Part shown: piece by piece, positions 1 through 9,496 of the stretch
Numbering within the stretch: position 1 is the stretch's first letter
How the letters are laid out: every line of letters begins with the position of its first letter
Source of the DNA: an uncultured Eubacteriales bacterium
Lineage (GTDB): Bacteria; Bacillota; Clostridia; Oscillospirales; CAG-272
Direction: 5' to 3'
DNA length: 64,000 nt
NCBI GenBank assembly: GCA_934446285.1
Contig: CAKSEI010000001.1
Location: forward strand, 6,498-70,497
Notes under the pieces: generated by a model
Seen by the model: the letters and a program-made list of their open reading frames with translations, nothing else
The model's database searches: none
What the model was told of the DNA's origin: nothing
Position numbers and translations under genes: made by a program

Positions 1-685
1 AGTAAGCGGCGCTTCCTACCCCCGTAAGATGGTCGGTCATATCCTCTTTTCTTGCCTTCTTTCTCCTGCACAGCGTGAAAATCAACACGCATACAAGCGA
101 GAGTAAAAGTCCGCCGGCAAAGGCAAGGACGCAGAAAAGAGCAGCCGTGCGGCTGTCCGTCCGCCGCTCGCCCGCATACGAGAGAATTATCCCGTTCTTC
201 TCCTCCTCGAAAATGCTCTCTATCGCCTCGCGCAGCTCTTCTGCACTCTCCCGCGGCATGAGGTCTGTAAAGCATATCGAAAAAACTTTTTTCTCCCCGT
301 CCTCTGTCACGGTGTATACGGGAAAAGAGTCCGCGACGGAGGCTTCAACCCCGTCTGCGGCAGTCACAAGCTCAACCTGCCTGTTGTCCGCAAGCTCAGC
401 CTGTCTGTTTTCCCCGCCGGCATAAATATAAGTAAAGCGAAAATCCGTCTGCTCTTCCGCACGCGCAAGCATATCGGGTATAAGCCCCCTGTACTCGCCC
501 GCCTCGCGGTCATAATACTCTATCGGATAATTATCGGGGTTTCCCGCGACCAAAAGCGCGCCCGCCTCACCGCCGCCGCTCTTGTCCGCCGTGACAGCCC
601 GTGCGGGCACAGGGTAAACGGCGGCAACGCACATTAAGAGGGAGAGAACGCCGACAATCGTGCCCGCCGCCTTTCCCGCTCTCAT
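1..685 (-). CDS. Partial CDS (3' end at or beyond the left edge): secreted solute-binding-like protein with a C-terminal TM anchor; last gene of the riboswitch-controlled operon
   Basis: Absent from the ORF track because it runs off the window. The minus-strand ATG at 685-683 overlaps the TGA of the upstream gene (ATGA). The translation starts MRAGKAAGTIVGVLSLLMCVAAVYPVPARA (signal peptide). It continues GNPDNYPIEYYDREAGEYRGLIPDML (type-3 periplasmic-binding-protein-like) and then has a TM helix LFCVLAFAGGLLLSLVCVLIF. Confidence 0.55.
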   Translation of the reverse strand, partial: MRAGKAAGTIVGVLSLLMCVAAVYPVPARAVTADKSGGGEAGALLVAGNPDNYPIEYYDREAGEYRGLIPDMLARAEEQTDFRFTYIYAGGENRQAELADNRQVELVTAADGVEASVADSFPVYTVTEDGEKKVFSICFTDLMPRESAEELREAIESIFEEEKNGIILSYAGERRTDSRTAALFCVLAFAGGLLLSLVCVLIFTLCRRKKARKEDMTDHLTGVGSAAY

Positions 686-1173
686 CTGCCGCTCCGCTTG
701 CCGCAGGACAGAGCCTCGCTTATACGGCGCAGTATATTCTTAACCGCACACGGCTCTTCCTTTTTATCTTTCACCGTCCCGCCGCCTTTTCTGCCCGTCG
801 GGCTTTCCCGTCTCTGCGCTCGTGCTCTCTCAAGCTCCGTGCTCAAGCGATCTATCTGAGCGCGCCGGTCATCAAGCTCTTTTTTTAACTCTGAAAGTTT
901 CTCGTTTGCCTCAGCCGTTCTCTTCTCCGCGCCGTCAAGCTGCTCACGGGCGCTCTCAAGCTCCTTTTTCAAGGCATCATTCTCGGTGCGCAGCATTACG
1001 TTCTCGGAATCAAGTGCGGCGTTCTTTTCGCTCAGAGCCGCGCACTTCTCCTCCGACTCCTTTTTCTGCCCCTCGAGCTTGTATGCAAACTCGTTATTTA
1101 GCTCCGATATGTACTCAAACACGCTGCGCTTTTTTAATCCGAAAAAGCCCGTCTTAAGATCCTTTAATTCCAT
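682..1173 (-). CDS. DivIVA-like coiled-coil protein
   Basis: ORF 682..1182. The ATG at 1173 has an AAGGGG RBS; the TTG at 1182 is an alternative start. The N-terminus LKDLKTGFFGLKKRSVFEYISELNNEF resembles the DivIVA N-domain pattern. The rest is heptad-rich E/K/L coiled coil. Confidence 0.5.
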   Translation of the reverse strand: MELKDLKTGFFGLKKRSVFEYISELNNEFAYKLEGQKKESEEKCAALSEKNAALDSENVMLRTENDALKKELESAREQLDGAEKRTAEANEKLSELKKELDDRRAQIDRLSTELERARAQRRESPTGRKGGGTVKDKKEEPCAVKNILRRISEALSCGKRSGR

Positions 1174-1186
1174 TTTTACCAACCCC

Positions 1187-2590
1187 TTATTTGAAGTTTA
1201 TCTTTTTTCGCTCTATTCTGCCCCACTGCATTTTCTTCTTTCTGTACCCGAAAAGCGCCGTCGCGCGCACCCACGCAAGCACGAAACGCAGACAGGTTAT
1301 CTCAAAAACGCATAAAAGGCATGCCTTCAGAGCGTCGGAGACGGTCACGCGCAGGTTCGCCGTGTACATTCGCGAGAAAAACGCGGTGAGCGACAGCACG
1401 CTGCCGAAAAACGCGTATACGGCAAAGAAAAGTATCATAAACGGCACGTTTATAAGGTCGAGCGCCCACGCGAGCACCATGGTGAATACGCCGAAAATCT
1501 CAATGAACGGCGAGAGCAGCTCGTATACGAGAAAATACAGGTATGATATCAGGCTTACCGCCCCGAACTTCGGATTGAAGAACATCCTGCGGTGGCGGGT
1601 CATACTCTGAAAAAGTCCTATATGCCATCTCTTGCGCTGCTTCATAAGGTCGCGCAGCCGTTCGGGTGCCTGCGTCCAGCATACCGCATCCGTAGCGTAT
1701 GCTATAGTATAGTCAATGTTATTTACATTGCAATATTCGTGCAGCTTGACGACAAGCTCCATATCCTCGCCCATCGTTTTGCTGTTATAGCCGCCCGCGG
1801 CGATGACAACATCCTTCTTAAAAAGCCCGAATGCGCCCGATATGATAAGCGAGCCGTTGAATTTGTCAAAAAGAATTCTCGACGCAAGAAAAGAGCGATC
1901 GTACTCAAGTACCTGCATACAAGCGAGAATATTTCGCGGCAGGCGGTACTTCTTTACCCTGCACCTCTCAAGCTCAACATCGTTCGACAGCCGCACAAGC
2001 CCGCCGACGGCAACGGTATTTTCCCGCTCAAGCACCGGCTCGGTTATTTTTTTCAGAGAGTCGTACTGCAGCACGGAATCTGCATCCATGCATATAAAAT
2101 ACGGATAATTTGCCGCGTTTATTCCCATATTAAGCGCGTCTGCCTTTCCGCCGTTCTTTTTGCGTATGACGGTCAGCGGCACTTTCGTATCATGCGTCTC
2201 GTAAATAAATTCCTCGGGCCGGCAGTCTATCTGCCGCCTCAGCGGTCTGTGCACCGCATGCATTGAAAAGGCTTCTATCAGAGCGGATGACGTGCCGTCC
2301 GTCGAGCCGTCGTCAACGACTATTATCTCATAGAGCCTGTAGTCAAGGCTGAGCAGGCTCTTCACCGTCTCGACGACCGTTATCTCCTCATTGTGCGCGG
2401 GCACGACGACGGATATCGGGATGAAATAATCGCTCTTCAGGTAATTTTCAAGCCTCTTCTGCCTGTGCTTACGGTACAACTCCGACGAGCCGACGACAAC
2501 CGAGAGAAAGAGAAATGTCGAATAGCCGAGCATATATATAACGAAAAATACACCCACTCCGCGAAGAAAGAAATCTATAAAATTCATCAT
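1187..2590 (-). CDS. Processive family-2 glycosyltransferase (PgaC/IcaA/cellulose-synthase-like membrane-embedded polysaccharide synthase)
   Basis: 467 aa with two N-terminal and several C-terminal TM helices. GT2 motifs are VVPAHNEE, VVDDGSTDGT, MDADS and QRKRW (the Q-x-x-R-W of processive synthases). ATGA overlap with the upstream gene at 2587-2590. Confidence 0.85.
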   Translation of the reverse strand: MMNFIDFFLRGVGVFFVIYMLGYSTFLFLSVVVGSSELYRKHRQKRLENYLKSDYFIPISVVVPAHNEEITVVETVKSLLSLDYRLYEIIVVDDGSTDGTSSALIEAFSMHAVHRPLRRQIDCRPEEFIYETHDTKVPLTVIRKKNGGKADALNMGINAANYPYFICMDADSVLQYDSLKKITEPVLERENTVAVGGLVRLSNDVELERCRVKKYRLPRNILACMQVLEYDRSFLASRILFDKFNGSLIISGAFGLFKKDVVIAAGGYNSKTMGEDMELVVKLHEYCNVNNIDYTIAYATDAVCWTQAPERLRDLMKQRKRWHIGLFQSMTRHRRMFFNPKFGAVSLISYLYFLVYELLSPFIEIFGVFTMVLAWALDLINVPFMILFFAVYAFFGSVLSLTAFFSRMYTANLRVTVSDALKACLLCVFEITCLRFVLAWVRATALFGYRKKKMQWGRIERKKINFK

Positions 2591-3678
2591 GTCCGTGCCC
2601 CCTGCGCGATACGCGCACGCTCGAGACGGTATCTTAGCATCTCGCTCGCGTATCTGTCCTTTCCGTCTATTACGTCGGCGAGCTTCTCGTATGTAAAGCC
2701 CTGACGATCAAGGCTGTCCGCAGAATTCAATCGGATATACCAGTTTGGGCTGTAGAGATTTTGCTTTAACCTCTCCTCCGTTTTTTCTCCGGGATAGGCG
2801 GCGAGGGCACTCGATGCTATCGCGGCGTACTCCCACCTTGCCGCGTCAGTGCACTCGGCAAGGGACAGAATATAATCCCGCGCCTCCTCAAGCGGGAACT
2901 TCCCGAGGTATCTTATACATGCGTATCTCACTTCGTCGTCGCGCGTCCCGTCGCGCAGCAGTCCGTAAGCAAAGCAGCCGTAACCTGAGTCGCAAAAGCG
3001 CAGATAATTTAAAAGCACCACCTGCATTGATGGGGAGAAGCCGTCAAAGCCCGCCGTGATTTTCCCGTTAAGCTCGCGTGCGCTGCCCGCGAAGTTGAGC
3101 AGTCCGTCGGAGAGCATCTTACCGTGGTAAAAGTCGGATGAAGAGTCTATCACCGTCAGAGCCTCCATGATACAGTCGGCGTCACCCGTGGTATAGAGCG
3201 CCTGCATGGCGTTCTCTCTGCAATAAATGCTCGGCGAGTGCAGCATGGATATGAGCGTCCCCGTGATGCTCGGGAAAGGTCGGTGCGCGATGAGCCTGTA
3301 TTTCTTTATAATATAAGGAAAATAAGCCGCCTCTATGCCGCCCCTGCCGCTGTAATATGCGGTAAGGGCTATTATCACGCTGTCAAGTGAATAGAGATAG
3401 TCACGCGTGCGCCCCGCATTCTCTATGTACATAGGCTCAAGCATTTTATCAAATGCTATCATATTCCCGACGCGGCGCAGCTTGCGCATCATATATTTTA
3501 AGTGCTTTTCGTCCGCTCCCGCTCTCTCTATCTGCGCCCGAACATGTCTCTCAAGCCCGGCGCTCACCCTCTCCGTGCGAACGTCGCGCCGCTTTAAGAC
3601 TACGGCGTGCACGATATTGAAGACTATCATGGACAGGCACACGGCAAGATATACGTATAAGAGGATTTCTACTTTCAT
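2587..3678 (-). CDS. Membrane-anchored alpha-helical repeat (HEAT/ARM-like) protein
   Basis: ORF 2587..3690 has a TTG start. The internal ATG at 3678 forms an ATGA overlap with the stop of the upstream gene and is preferred. It has an N-terminal TM helix (ILLYVYLAVCLSMIVFNIVHAVVL) followed by repetitive helical segments. No catalytic motif was recognised. Confidence 0.55.
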   Translation of the reverse strand: MKVEILLYVYLAVCLSMIVFNIVHAVVLKRRDVRTERVSAGLERHVRAQIERAGADEKHLKYMMRKLRRVGNMIAFDKMLEPMYIENAGRTRDYLYSLDSVIIALTAYYSGRGGIEAAYFPYIIKKYRLIAHRPFPSITGTLISMLHSPSIYCRENAMQALYTTGDADCIMEALTVIDSSSDFYHGKMLSDGLLNFAGSARELNGKITAGFDGFSPSMQVVLLNYLRFCDSGYGCFAYGLLRDGTRDDEVRYACIRYLGKFPLEEARDYILSLAECTDAARWEYAAIASSALAAYPGEKTEERLKQNLYSPNWYIRLNSADSLDRQGFTYEKLADVIDGKDRYASEMLRYRLERARIAQGART

Positions 3679-5846
3679 TTGCCGCTCCAAAGCTCCCGTA
3701 AAATATAATATGAGCTTTTCAGTCTCTCGTGGCTCGTCACCTTATTGCCCCAGCCCTTAAGCGCTACGGGAAACATTTCGCATCTGCCGCTCCGCCCCGC
3801 AGAACCTATATAGAGACTGTCTATCGTGATATACTCGACCCCGTAGTTGCCGTCGTAATAATCATCGTGAACCGACATACGCGACGGGTCGGCGAAATTG
3901 AGCAGCTGCCACGGCAGCTTTATCTCGACGCTGTCCCCCGAGAACATGAAGTCCGCAAGAGAATTGAAATCCGCGCTTTCGGGATTGGCGTTGCCGTAGG
4001 TGAGCTTGCCCGTTTCAAAGACCTCGGCGGTCGCGCCCATGTCGTTGTAAATAAGCGGGGTCGCCGTCTGCAGTATCATATCGATATTGACAAAGCGCGG
4101 CGAGGTGAGCGACGGGATGTTTTCCTTTATGTATGTATCGAAATTATATACATTCACCGAATATGTCGAACGCAGCGACTCGTATCTCTCCTGAACGGTC
4201 AGACGGCTGTTATCCCTGCCGTCGATTATGAGTAAGAAGTCGGCGGCGCGCGAAAATTTCACTTCGTAGTCCTCGCTGTAGGTGCTTCCGCTTTTCGGCG
4301 TTGAGTCTATCGGGAGCAGCAGCCGCTCACTCTCGAGCTGCACGCCCTCTTTTTTTATCATAAAATATATAAATTTCTCATCGTATTTCGCCGAAAAGGT
4401 CATGCCGTCCGAGCGCCCGACAACGTCCTCCTCCGTCCACTCGGAAAGGTCGCCGTCGACGTAGCACACCGACTTTTCCTTACCGGGGTCAAAGGAAAGA
4501 AGTCCGAAATACTGCTCGTTGGTCTGATAGTCCGACCAATACGGCGTGCGCTTGAGATTTACCGCGTACATTGTGTTCCACGTGCGCTTGAACCACTCGT
4601 CCTGCCATGTGAAAACACAGCACCCCGCGCAGCCCGCCGCCATGATGTCCTCATAGCATTCGACAAGAGCCTGACCCTGCTCGCTCTCGGACATATTACC
4701 CTGGTTTCGTCCGGTGTTTCTGTCGCGCTGCGCCATGCCCCTGCCCGTCGATACGCCGAACTCGGATATGACAACGGGCATGGTATGGTGCTTTGTCAAA
4801 AGCGAGAGATACGCCCTGTATGTGTTAAACTCCCCGTCCCCGTTTATAAACTCCGTGAGGTCGGTTATGCCGAACATGGCGAAATTCTCTACATAACTGA
4901 GATAATCGGGATAGTATGGGTAGACGTGATACGATGCGAACTGACCCGAGAGAAAGCTCTCGGTCGTCTTTATATGCTCGACGTCCACCGCGGCGCACTT
5001 CATGAAATAGTCGCGCACCTTTTCGGGATAGTCAAAAGGGTCTGTCGTAGGCCAGTTTGAAAAGGCGACGATGCGCTGCTCCTTATACCTCTTCGTCTCG
5101 TACTCTATTACCTTGTCCCCGACGTGCGCGAGCATGGCTTCAAAGGGGGTCGCATCCTCTGAGGTGTACATATATTTCCCTCTGTAGGAGTTGCGTGCGG
5201 GGTCGGCGCTGTATTTCTCGTCCGTGTATACGACCGTCACGTCCTCCCACTCGACGCCGAGGATGTAGCCTATTACCCACGGGGATATATCCTTCAGATA
5301 CGAGCCGTGACCCGCCGACGCCATGCGCCCGAGAGAGAGCTTTTTATTGCCGTGGATAACGTCTATCATTATCTTGCAGTTGTCAAGAAAGGTATCGAAA
5401 AAGTCGCTGTCATAGGCGTCCCTCGACGAATTCTGCACATAGTCATTCACCCACACGCCGTGAATAAGATAGAGCGGGTCGGGATTGTCCTTATTGAATT
5501 CGTAGAAAGCCTTGTAGAAGGTATCGTTCTGCACGGTATATATACGCAGGGTATTCGCGCCCATCTCCTTCATCTCGGCAAACCAGCGCTTGTATGTTTG
5601 CCCGTCCACGGCGAAATCCGTCGACCACTCTCCCGGCTCGCCCGAGCCCATGTTCACGCCCTTTATCTCAAAGGGCTGCCATGAGTCGCCGTCTTTTATG
5701 TAAATCTGCTCCGCATCGGTTTTTACCGCTGTCGTGACGGCTTTGCCCGGGTGAAAATCTATATAAAGACCGCCGCGGTAGTAGGCGGTGTCGAGCGCGA
5801 GATATACGGCTATGACTATGCACACGACAATAATAAACTTCTTCAT
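3675..5846 (-). CDS. Membrane-anchored glycoside-hydrolase-like (TIM-barrel-type) protein of exopolysaccharide operons
   Basis: 723 aa with an N-terminal signal anchor. FEIKGVNMGSGEPG and GANTLRIYTVQND resemble clan GH-A barrel openings (GH2/GH5/GH72 style). AAGGAGG RBS. Family assignment is not certain. Confidence 0.6.
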   Translation of the reverse strand: MKKFIIVVCIVIAVYLALDTAYYRGGLYIDFHPGKAVTTAVKTDAEQIYIKDGDSWQPFEIKGVNMGSGEPGEWSTDFAVDGQTYKRWFAEMKEMGANTLRIYTVQNDTFYKAFYEFNKDNPDPLYLIHGVWVNDYVQNSSRDAYDSDFFDTFLDNCKIMIDVIHGNKKLSLGRMASAGHGSYLKDISPWVIGYILGVEWEDVTVVYTDEKYSADPARNSYRGKYMYTSEDATPFEAMLAHVGDKVIEYETKRYKEQRIVAFSNWPTTDPFDYPEKVRDYFMKCAAVDVEHIKTTESFLSGQFASYHVYPYYPDYLSYVENFAMFGITDLTEFINGDGEFNTYRAYLSLLTKHHTMPVVISEFGVSTGRGMAQRDRNTGRNQGNMSESEQGQALVECYEDIMAAGCAGCCVFTWQDEWFKRTWNTMYAVNLKRTPYWSDYQTNEQYFGLLSFDPGKEKSVCYVDGDLSEWTEEDVVGRSDGMTFSAKYDEKFIYFMIKKEGVQLESERLLLPIDSTPKSGSTYSEDYEVKFSRAADFLLIIDGRDNSRLTVQERYESLRSTYSVNVYNFDTYIKENIPSLTSPRFVNIDMILQTATPLIYNDMGATAEVFETGKLTYGNANPESADFNSLADFMFSGDSVEIKLPWQLLNFADPSRMSVHDDYYDGNYGVEYITIDSLYIGSAGRSGRCEMFPVALKGWGNKVTSHERLKSSYYILRELWSGK

Positions 5847-5855
5847 GCCGCCTCC

Positions 5856-7340
5856 TTAGTTCGCATTCTCGACAAATTTCTTTATCTTGCTCTCCGCCGA
5901 ATACTGGCGCAGACTCTCAATATTTTCATCCATCCACTCTCCGCGCTCTGCGATAAAACTCTTCAGACTCTCTATCGCCTCATCATATGAGCGCGGATTT
6001 CGCCACGCGGGGGAGAGCACGTCGTTTTCCTTCTCAAAAGTATATCCCCACTTCTCAAAGTTGCGCTCAACGGCAGGTCCCAGATAGTCTATGCAGGAGT
6101 CTATATAGTCGTATAAAAATTCTTCGCTGAAAAATGTCCCACGCAGCTCACGGTAACGCTTTATGAGTGCGTCGGTGAAGTCCTCATCCTTTATCAGCAT
6201 GACGTACCAGAGGCAGTTCTGCATTTCAAAATTATTCGGCATCATCTTCGACTCCTGGTAGTTGTCGCACGCAGAGTTGAAGTCCCATATGCACATGCGG
6301 AATTTACCGCTTATATCCTTATAGATATAGGTCGAGAGCCAGCCCGCGTCGTAGTTGCATGTAAATTCGTTTATAAGAAAATAGTCGACAAATGACTGAG
6401 TATCTATGTACGTGTCATACCCGTCGCCCGGGTTGTCGAAATCGTAGGAATAGAGCGCTTTCTCAAAATCGGAGAAATCCTGACGGATCTCCTCGGCGAG
6501 CGCCGGGGTGCTCTTCCCCGAGCCGGGGTAAACGAGGTCGATTATATTCTTTGTGCGCAGGGAGTATTTTGAAAATGTGCGCAGATTTTTCTGCGGATTT
6601 GCTGCTCCGCGGTCAAGGCGCAGTACGTACCCCGAGAAGGAATTATTCTTCACGTCCACCGACATGCTTAACCGCGCACCGTCCTGCCCCGCCGTTATGC
6701 TTTCGCAGAGAACGTACAGCCCCATGTACTCGCCGTTTACCGTCACCTCGCAGAAGCGGACGTTCGGTGCCCAGTCCATTATCCCGCCCGCGATATTGTA
6801 CCACATATAGTTTCGCATAAGGCTCTTGTCAATAAAAGGTCCGTGCAGCACCCAGTCGGCGTGTGCGTCCATGCCGAGCATACTCTGTGCCCTGTCCGTG
6901 CCGTCGGAATTTATGAGATTGACGGCATATCCCGGCTTGTCAAAGGTACGGGAAGAATTTCCCCTTATGTGAATTGTTATCTCCGATGTAAGAGTCGGGG
7001 TGTCGGTCGGGTGATTGTATTTTTCCTCGCTGTCAAAGGTCGAAATCCTGCCTCTTATCCTGTCGCTGCCGTCGGCGGCGGTCGTGTAGCCCGTGACCTT
7101 GCCCTTTTCGTCCGTTATCGCCTTGCCGGGTATAGTCTCCTGAGTCTCTATGCTTATCACGGGAAGGTGGGTACACAGCTCGCCCTCGGAGTGCCGGGTA
7201 GTGCACGCCTGCTTTGCGGGGGCATCTTTATGCTGCTCATATCTGCCCTTATCCGCATTTCCGAATATCATCTGCCAATCAAGCAGCCCGACAAGCAGAG
7301 CTCCGCAGAGTGCGGCAAGTCCTATCGCCTTATATTTCAT
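5856..7340 (-). CDS. cotH: CotH family protein (atypical protein kinase fold), secreted or anchored
   Basis: 494 aa with a signal anchor. CotH-typical strings are FIDKSLMRNYMWYN, GEYMGLYVLCE, FVDYFLINEFTCNYDAGWLSTYIYKD and CIWDFNSACDNY. Confidence 0.8.
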   Translation of the reverse strand: MKYKAIGLAALCGALLVGLLDWQMIFGNADKGRYEQHKDAPAKQACTTRHSEGELCTHLPVISIETQETIPGKAITDEKGKVTGYTTAADGSDRIRGRISTFDSEEKYNHPTDTPTLTSEITIHIRGNSSRTFDKPGYAVNLINSDGTDRAQSMLGMDAHADWVLHGPFIDKSLMRNYMWYNIAGGIMDWAPNVRFCEVTVNGEYMGLYVLCESITAGQDGARLSMSVDVKNNSFSGYVLRLDRGAANPQKNLRTFSKYSLRTKNIIDLVYPGSGKSTPALAEEIRQDFSDFEKALYSYDFDNPGDGYDTYIDTQSFVDYFLINEFTCNYDAGWLSTYIYKDISGKFRMCIWDFNSACDNYQESKMMPNNFEMQNCLWYVMLIKDEDFTDALIKRYRELRGTFFSEEFLYDYIDSCIDYLGPAVERNFEKWGYTFEKENDVLSPAWRNPRSYDEAIESLKSFIAERGEWMDENIESLRQYSAESKIKKFVENAN

Positions 7341-7371
7341 GTGTACCTCCTCCCGTTTTTTTAAAAACTTT

Positions 7372-8805
7372 TTATCTCTCGTCGTGATCCTGCGCCTCGT
7401 CGAGGTAGCTCGAGAGCGGTGTACCCGTCATGCGCGGAAGTCTGCGCAGCACGGCGGACCTCGGGTTCGCGCCCGCACCGTAGACAAAATAATTTGAAAG
7501 AGTCTTGCGCTCCGCTGGGTCGTCCCCGCCGAGCAGCAGCTTATAGCCTGCCCTTACCCACGCCCTGTCCGCCGTCACCGTGCGTTTTGAATAAGGATAT
7601 GCCATGGCTCGTGTAGTCTTTCCGATATGCTCGCGCATATTGCCGTTAAACGCAGCGAAATCCGCCTGAGCCGCAGGCAGAAACGTATCAAAGGTATCGT
7701 CGGGCGCGGTGTTCGCTCCCTGACGGTTTTCATGCGAAAAGACGTGCATGGATTGAGTATGGCTTATCATCTCGACCGCGCCCGTCTCCGACATCTCCGC
7801 TATCTCGCTCCACGTGCAGAAGGGAGCGGCGCTCTTATCCCTTGCCTCGGTATTGTCCGTGGCGGAGTCTATCTCATACCCGATAAGCGCAAGCGACATG
7901 GTCATACCGTATTTCTTCAACAACGGATATGCATTTTTATACACTCCGTATTTGCCGTCGTCGGCGGTAAGAAGTATAGGTCGCGCCGGCAGCTCGGCTT
8001 TTCCCTCCATGGCATCAATCAGCTGCTCAGCCGTCACGGTCGTATAGCCGCTGCTCTTTAACCATATAAGGTCTTCTTCAAATTCGCTCTGCCATATGGC
8101 ATATTCATCAAAGGCTATGCCCGAGGCGATATCCTCCTCCGTTACGAACTCATGATACATTATAACGGGCACGCGAAAGACCGAGCGCGCATTTCTGCCC
8201 GTCGGCACGGGGCTTGATGCGGCGGAGCGTTCCTCTCCGCGCACGGCGCTTACCCTATAGTAATATTCGTCTCCGTAGGCCTCCTCATCGTAAAAGACAT
8301 TATCCTCCGTGCTGCCCGCCGTCTCGTATGTTCCGTCCACGTCAGGGCAGCGCTCGACCTCATAGGTGCAGTCCTTATCGGGGGAAGAAATCATTACGGC
8401 GTTCGTATACCTGTCCATCTTCGTCACCGACGTTATCGAGGGAACGGAAAGCACGGCGGCAGGGCTCTCGTTATCCGCGTAAATATACACCGCGCCCGAG
8501 ACCGCACCGTCCGATTCGTTTTTTCCCGCAACGGCGCAGACCTTATATACGTAGGTCATACCGCCCTTTACGCAGGAGTCGGTATACTCGCCCGCAGTCG
8601 TATCGTCGATGAATTTAAATACTCCCGTTCCTCCGTCGTCACGGTATATGCGGTAGAACTCCGCGCCCTCCGCCGTACCCCATGAAAGGGAAACGCTTTT
8701 CTCCCCCGCGTCTGCCGAAAGCAATGCCGGGACAGCGGGTACGGCGGGCGAGCAGGAAAGCAGCGCGAGCAGGAGGAGAGTAAGGAGCGGCAGAAGCTTT
8801 TTCAT
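7372..8805 (-). CDS. Lipoprotein polysaccharide deacetylase (CE4/NodB) with N-terminal Fn3-like domains
   Basis: Lipobox LLALLSC. There are two roughly 90-aa Fn3-like segments (SWGTAEGAEFYRIYR; YEVERC). The NodB motifs are VIMYHEF, LLTADDGKYG and ISHTQSMH. Confidence 0.8.
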   Translation of the reverse strand: MKKLLPLLTLLLLALLSCSPAVPAVPALLSADAGEKSVSLSWGTAEGAEFYRIYRDDGGTGVFKFIDDTTAGEYTDSCVKGGMTYVYKVCAVAGKNESDGAVSGAVYIYADNESPAAVLSVPSITSVTKMDRYTNAVMISSPDKDCTYEVERCPDVDGTYETAGSTEDNVFYDEEAYGDEYYYRVSAVRGEERSAASSPVPTGRNARSVFRVPVIMYHEFVTEEDIASGIAFDEYAIWQSEFEEDLIWLKSSGYTTVTAEQLIDAMEGKAELPARPILLTADDGKYGVYKNAYPLLKKYGMTMSLALIGYEIDSATDNTEARDKSAAPFCTWSEIAEMSETGAVEMISHTQSMHVFSHENRQGANTAPDDTFDTFLPAAQADFAAFNGNMREHIGKTTRAMAYPYSKRTVTADRAWVRAGYKLLLGGDDPAERKTLSNYFVYGAGANPRSAVLRRLPRMTGTPLSSYLDEAQDHDER

Positions 8806-9483
8806 TCAGTTTGAAACCTCGTCGTTCTGCATAACGGTATTGACATACTCGACGCCGCCTATCCTGTATATGCTGTCGGAAATATTGTTTTCGCTCTTTT
8901 CGGCGCGGCGCAGCATTTTCTGCGTCAGCTCGTATATAAGCTCGACCGAGCCCTCGGTCGTATTCTCCACGCGCAGAGCCGCTTTGCCGCGGAAGAGCTT
9001 ATAGACCTGTGCCTTTATGAGCGGCATCTTTGCCCTGTCCGCGCGGATGATGAAAAGTATTCTGTTATCGCTCTTTATGCAGCCGAGCACGAATATAACA
9101 ATAAAAGTCACGCAGCTGCCGACCGAGGCGACAAGATAGTCGCCCACTCCGCAGCATATGCCGACGATTATCGCCCAGAATATGTATACGGTGTCGCGCG
9201 AATCCTTTACCGCCGTTCTGAAACGGACTATCGAGAGCGCACCGACCATACCGAGGGAGAGCGCAAGATTATTTCCTATGACGGTCATGACCGTGCCCGT
9301 AAGCACGGTGAGAATGACCAGCGAGGAATTGAACTTCTTGCTGTATATCGTTCCCCTGTGAGAAATGGCATAGGAAATGAAGATGAAAAATCCGAGGGCT
9401 GCGGCAGCCGAGATGTTCATGAATATCTGCTGCCACGTCATGTCGCTCGGGTTAGTGAAAAGGCTGTATATTTTCTCTCTCAT
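8806..9483 (-). CDS. DUF4956 family integral membrane protein
   Basis: 225 aa with four or more TM helices, followed by LSIVRFRTAVKDSRDTVYIFWAI (the DUF4956 signature as I remember it). It directly abuts the next gene (TGAATG). Confidence 0.7.
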   Translation of the reverse strand: MREKIYSLFTNPSDMTWQQIFMNISAAAALGFFIFISYAISHRGTIYSKKFNSSLVILTVLTGTVMTVIGNNLALSLGMVGALSIVRFRTAVKDSRDTVYIFWAIIVGICCGVGDYLVASVGSCVTFIVIFVLGCIKSDNRILFIIRADRAKMPLIKAQVYKLFRGKAALRVENTTEGSVELIYELTQKMLRRAEKSENNISDSIYRIGGVEYVNTVMQNDEVSN

Positions 9484-9496
9484 TGTTTTTCTTCCT

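Noticed and set aside
1-60. The C-terminal tail of the partial left-edge CDS reads ...DMTDHLTGVGSAAY. This is reminiscent of the D-x-LTG-L-x-NR opening of a GGDEF diguanylate cyclase domain. If real, it would give a c-di-GMP feedback loop with the riboswitch.
   Set aside because: The first ~28 nt of the window (AGTAAGCGGCGCTTCCTACCCCCGTAAG) match the GTAAGCG-N-CGCTTCCTA hairpin module of the mosaic repeat found right after the asnA stop (17855-17880). The gene therefore probably ends just outside the window and the LTG is coincidental. The NR that should follow LTG-hydrophobic is also missing. This cannot be decided without sequence left of the window.
75-425. A 116-aa plus-strand ORF in the ORF track.
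   Set aside because: It is Ser/Ala/Arg-rich and low in complexity. It lies entirely antisense to a minus-strand frame with a signal peptide, a binding-protein motif, a TM helix and ATGA coupling to the operon.
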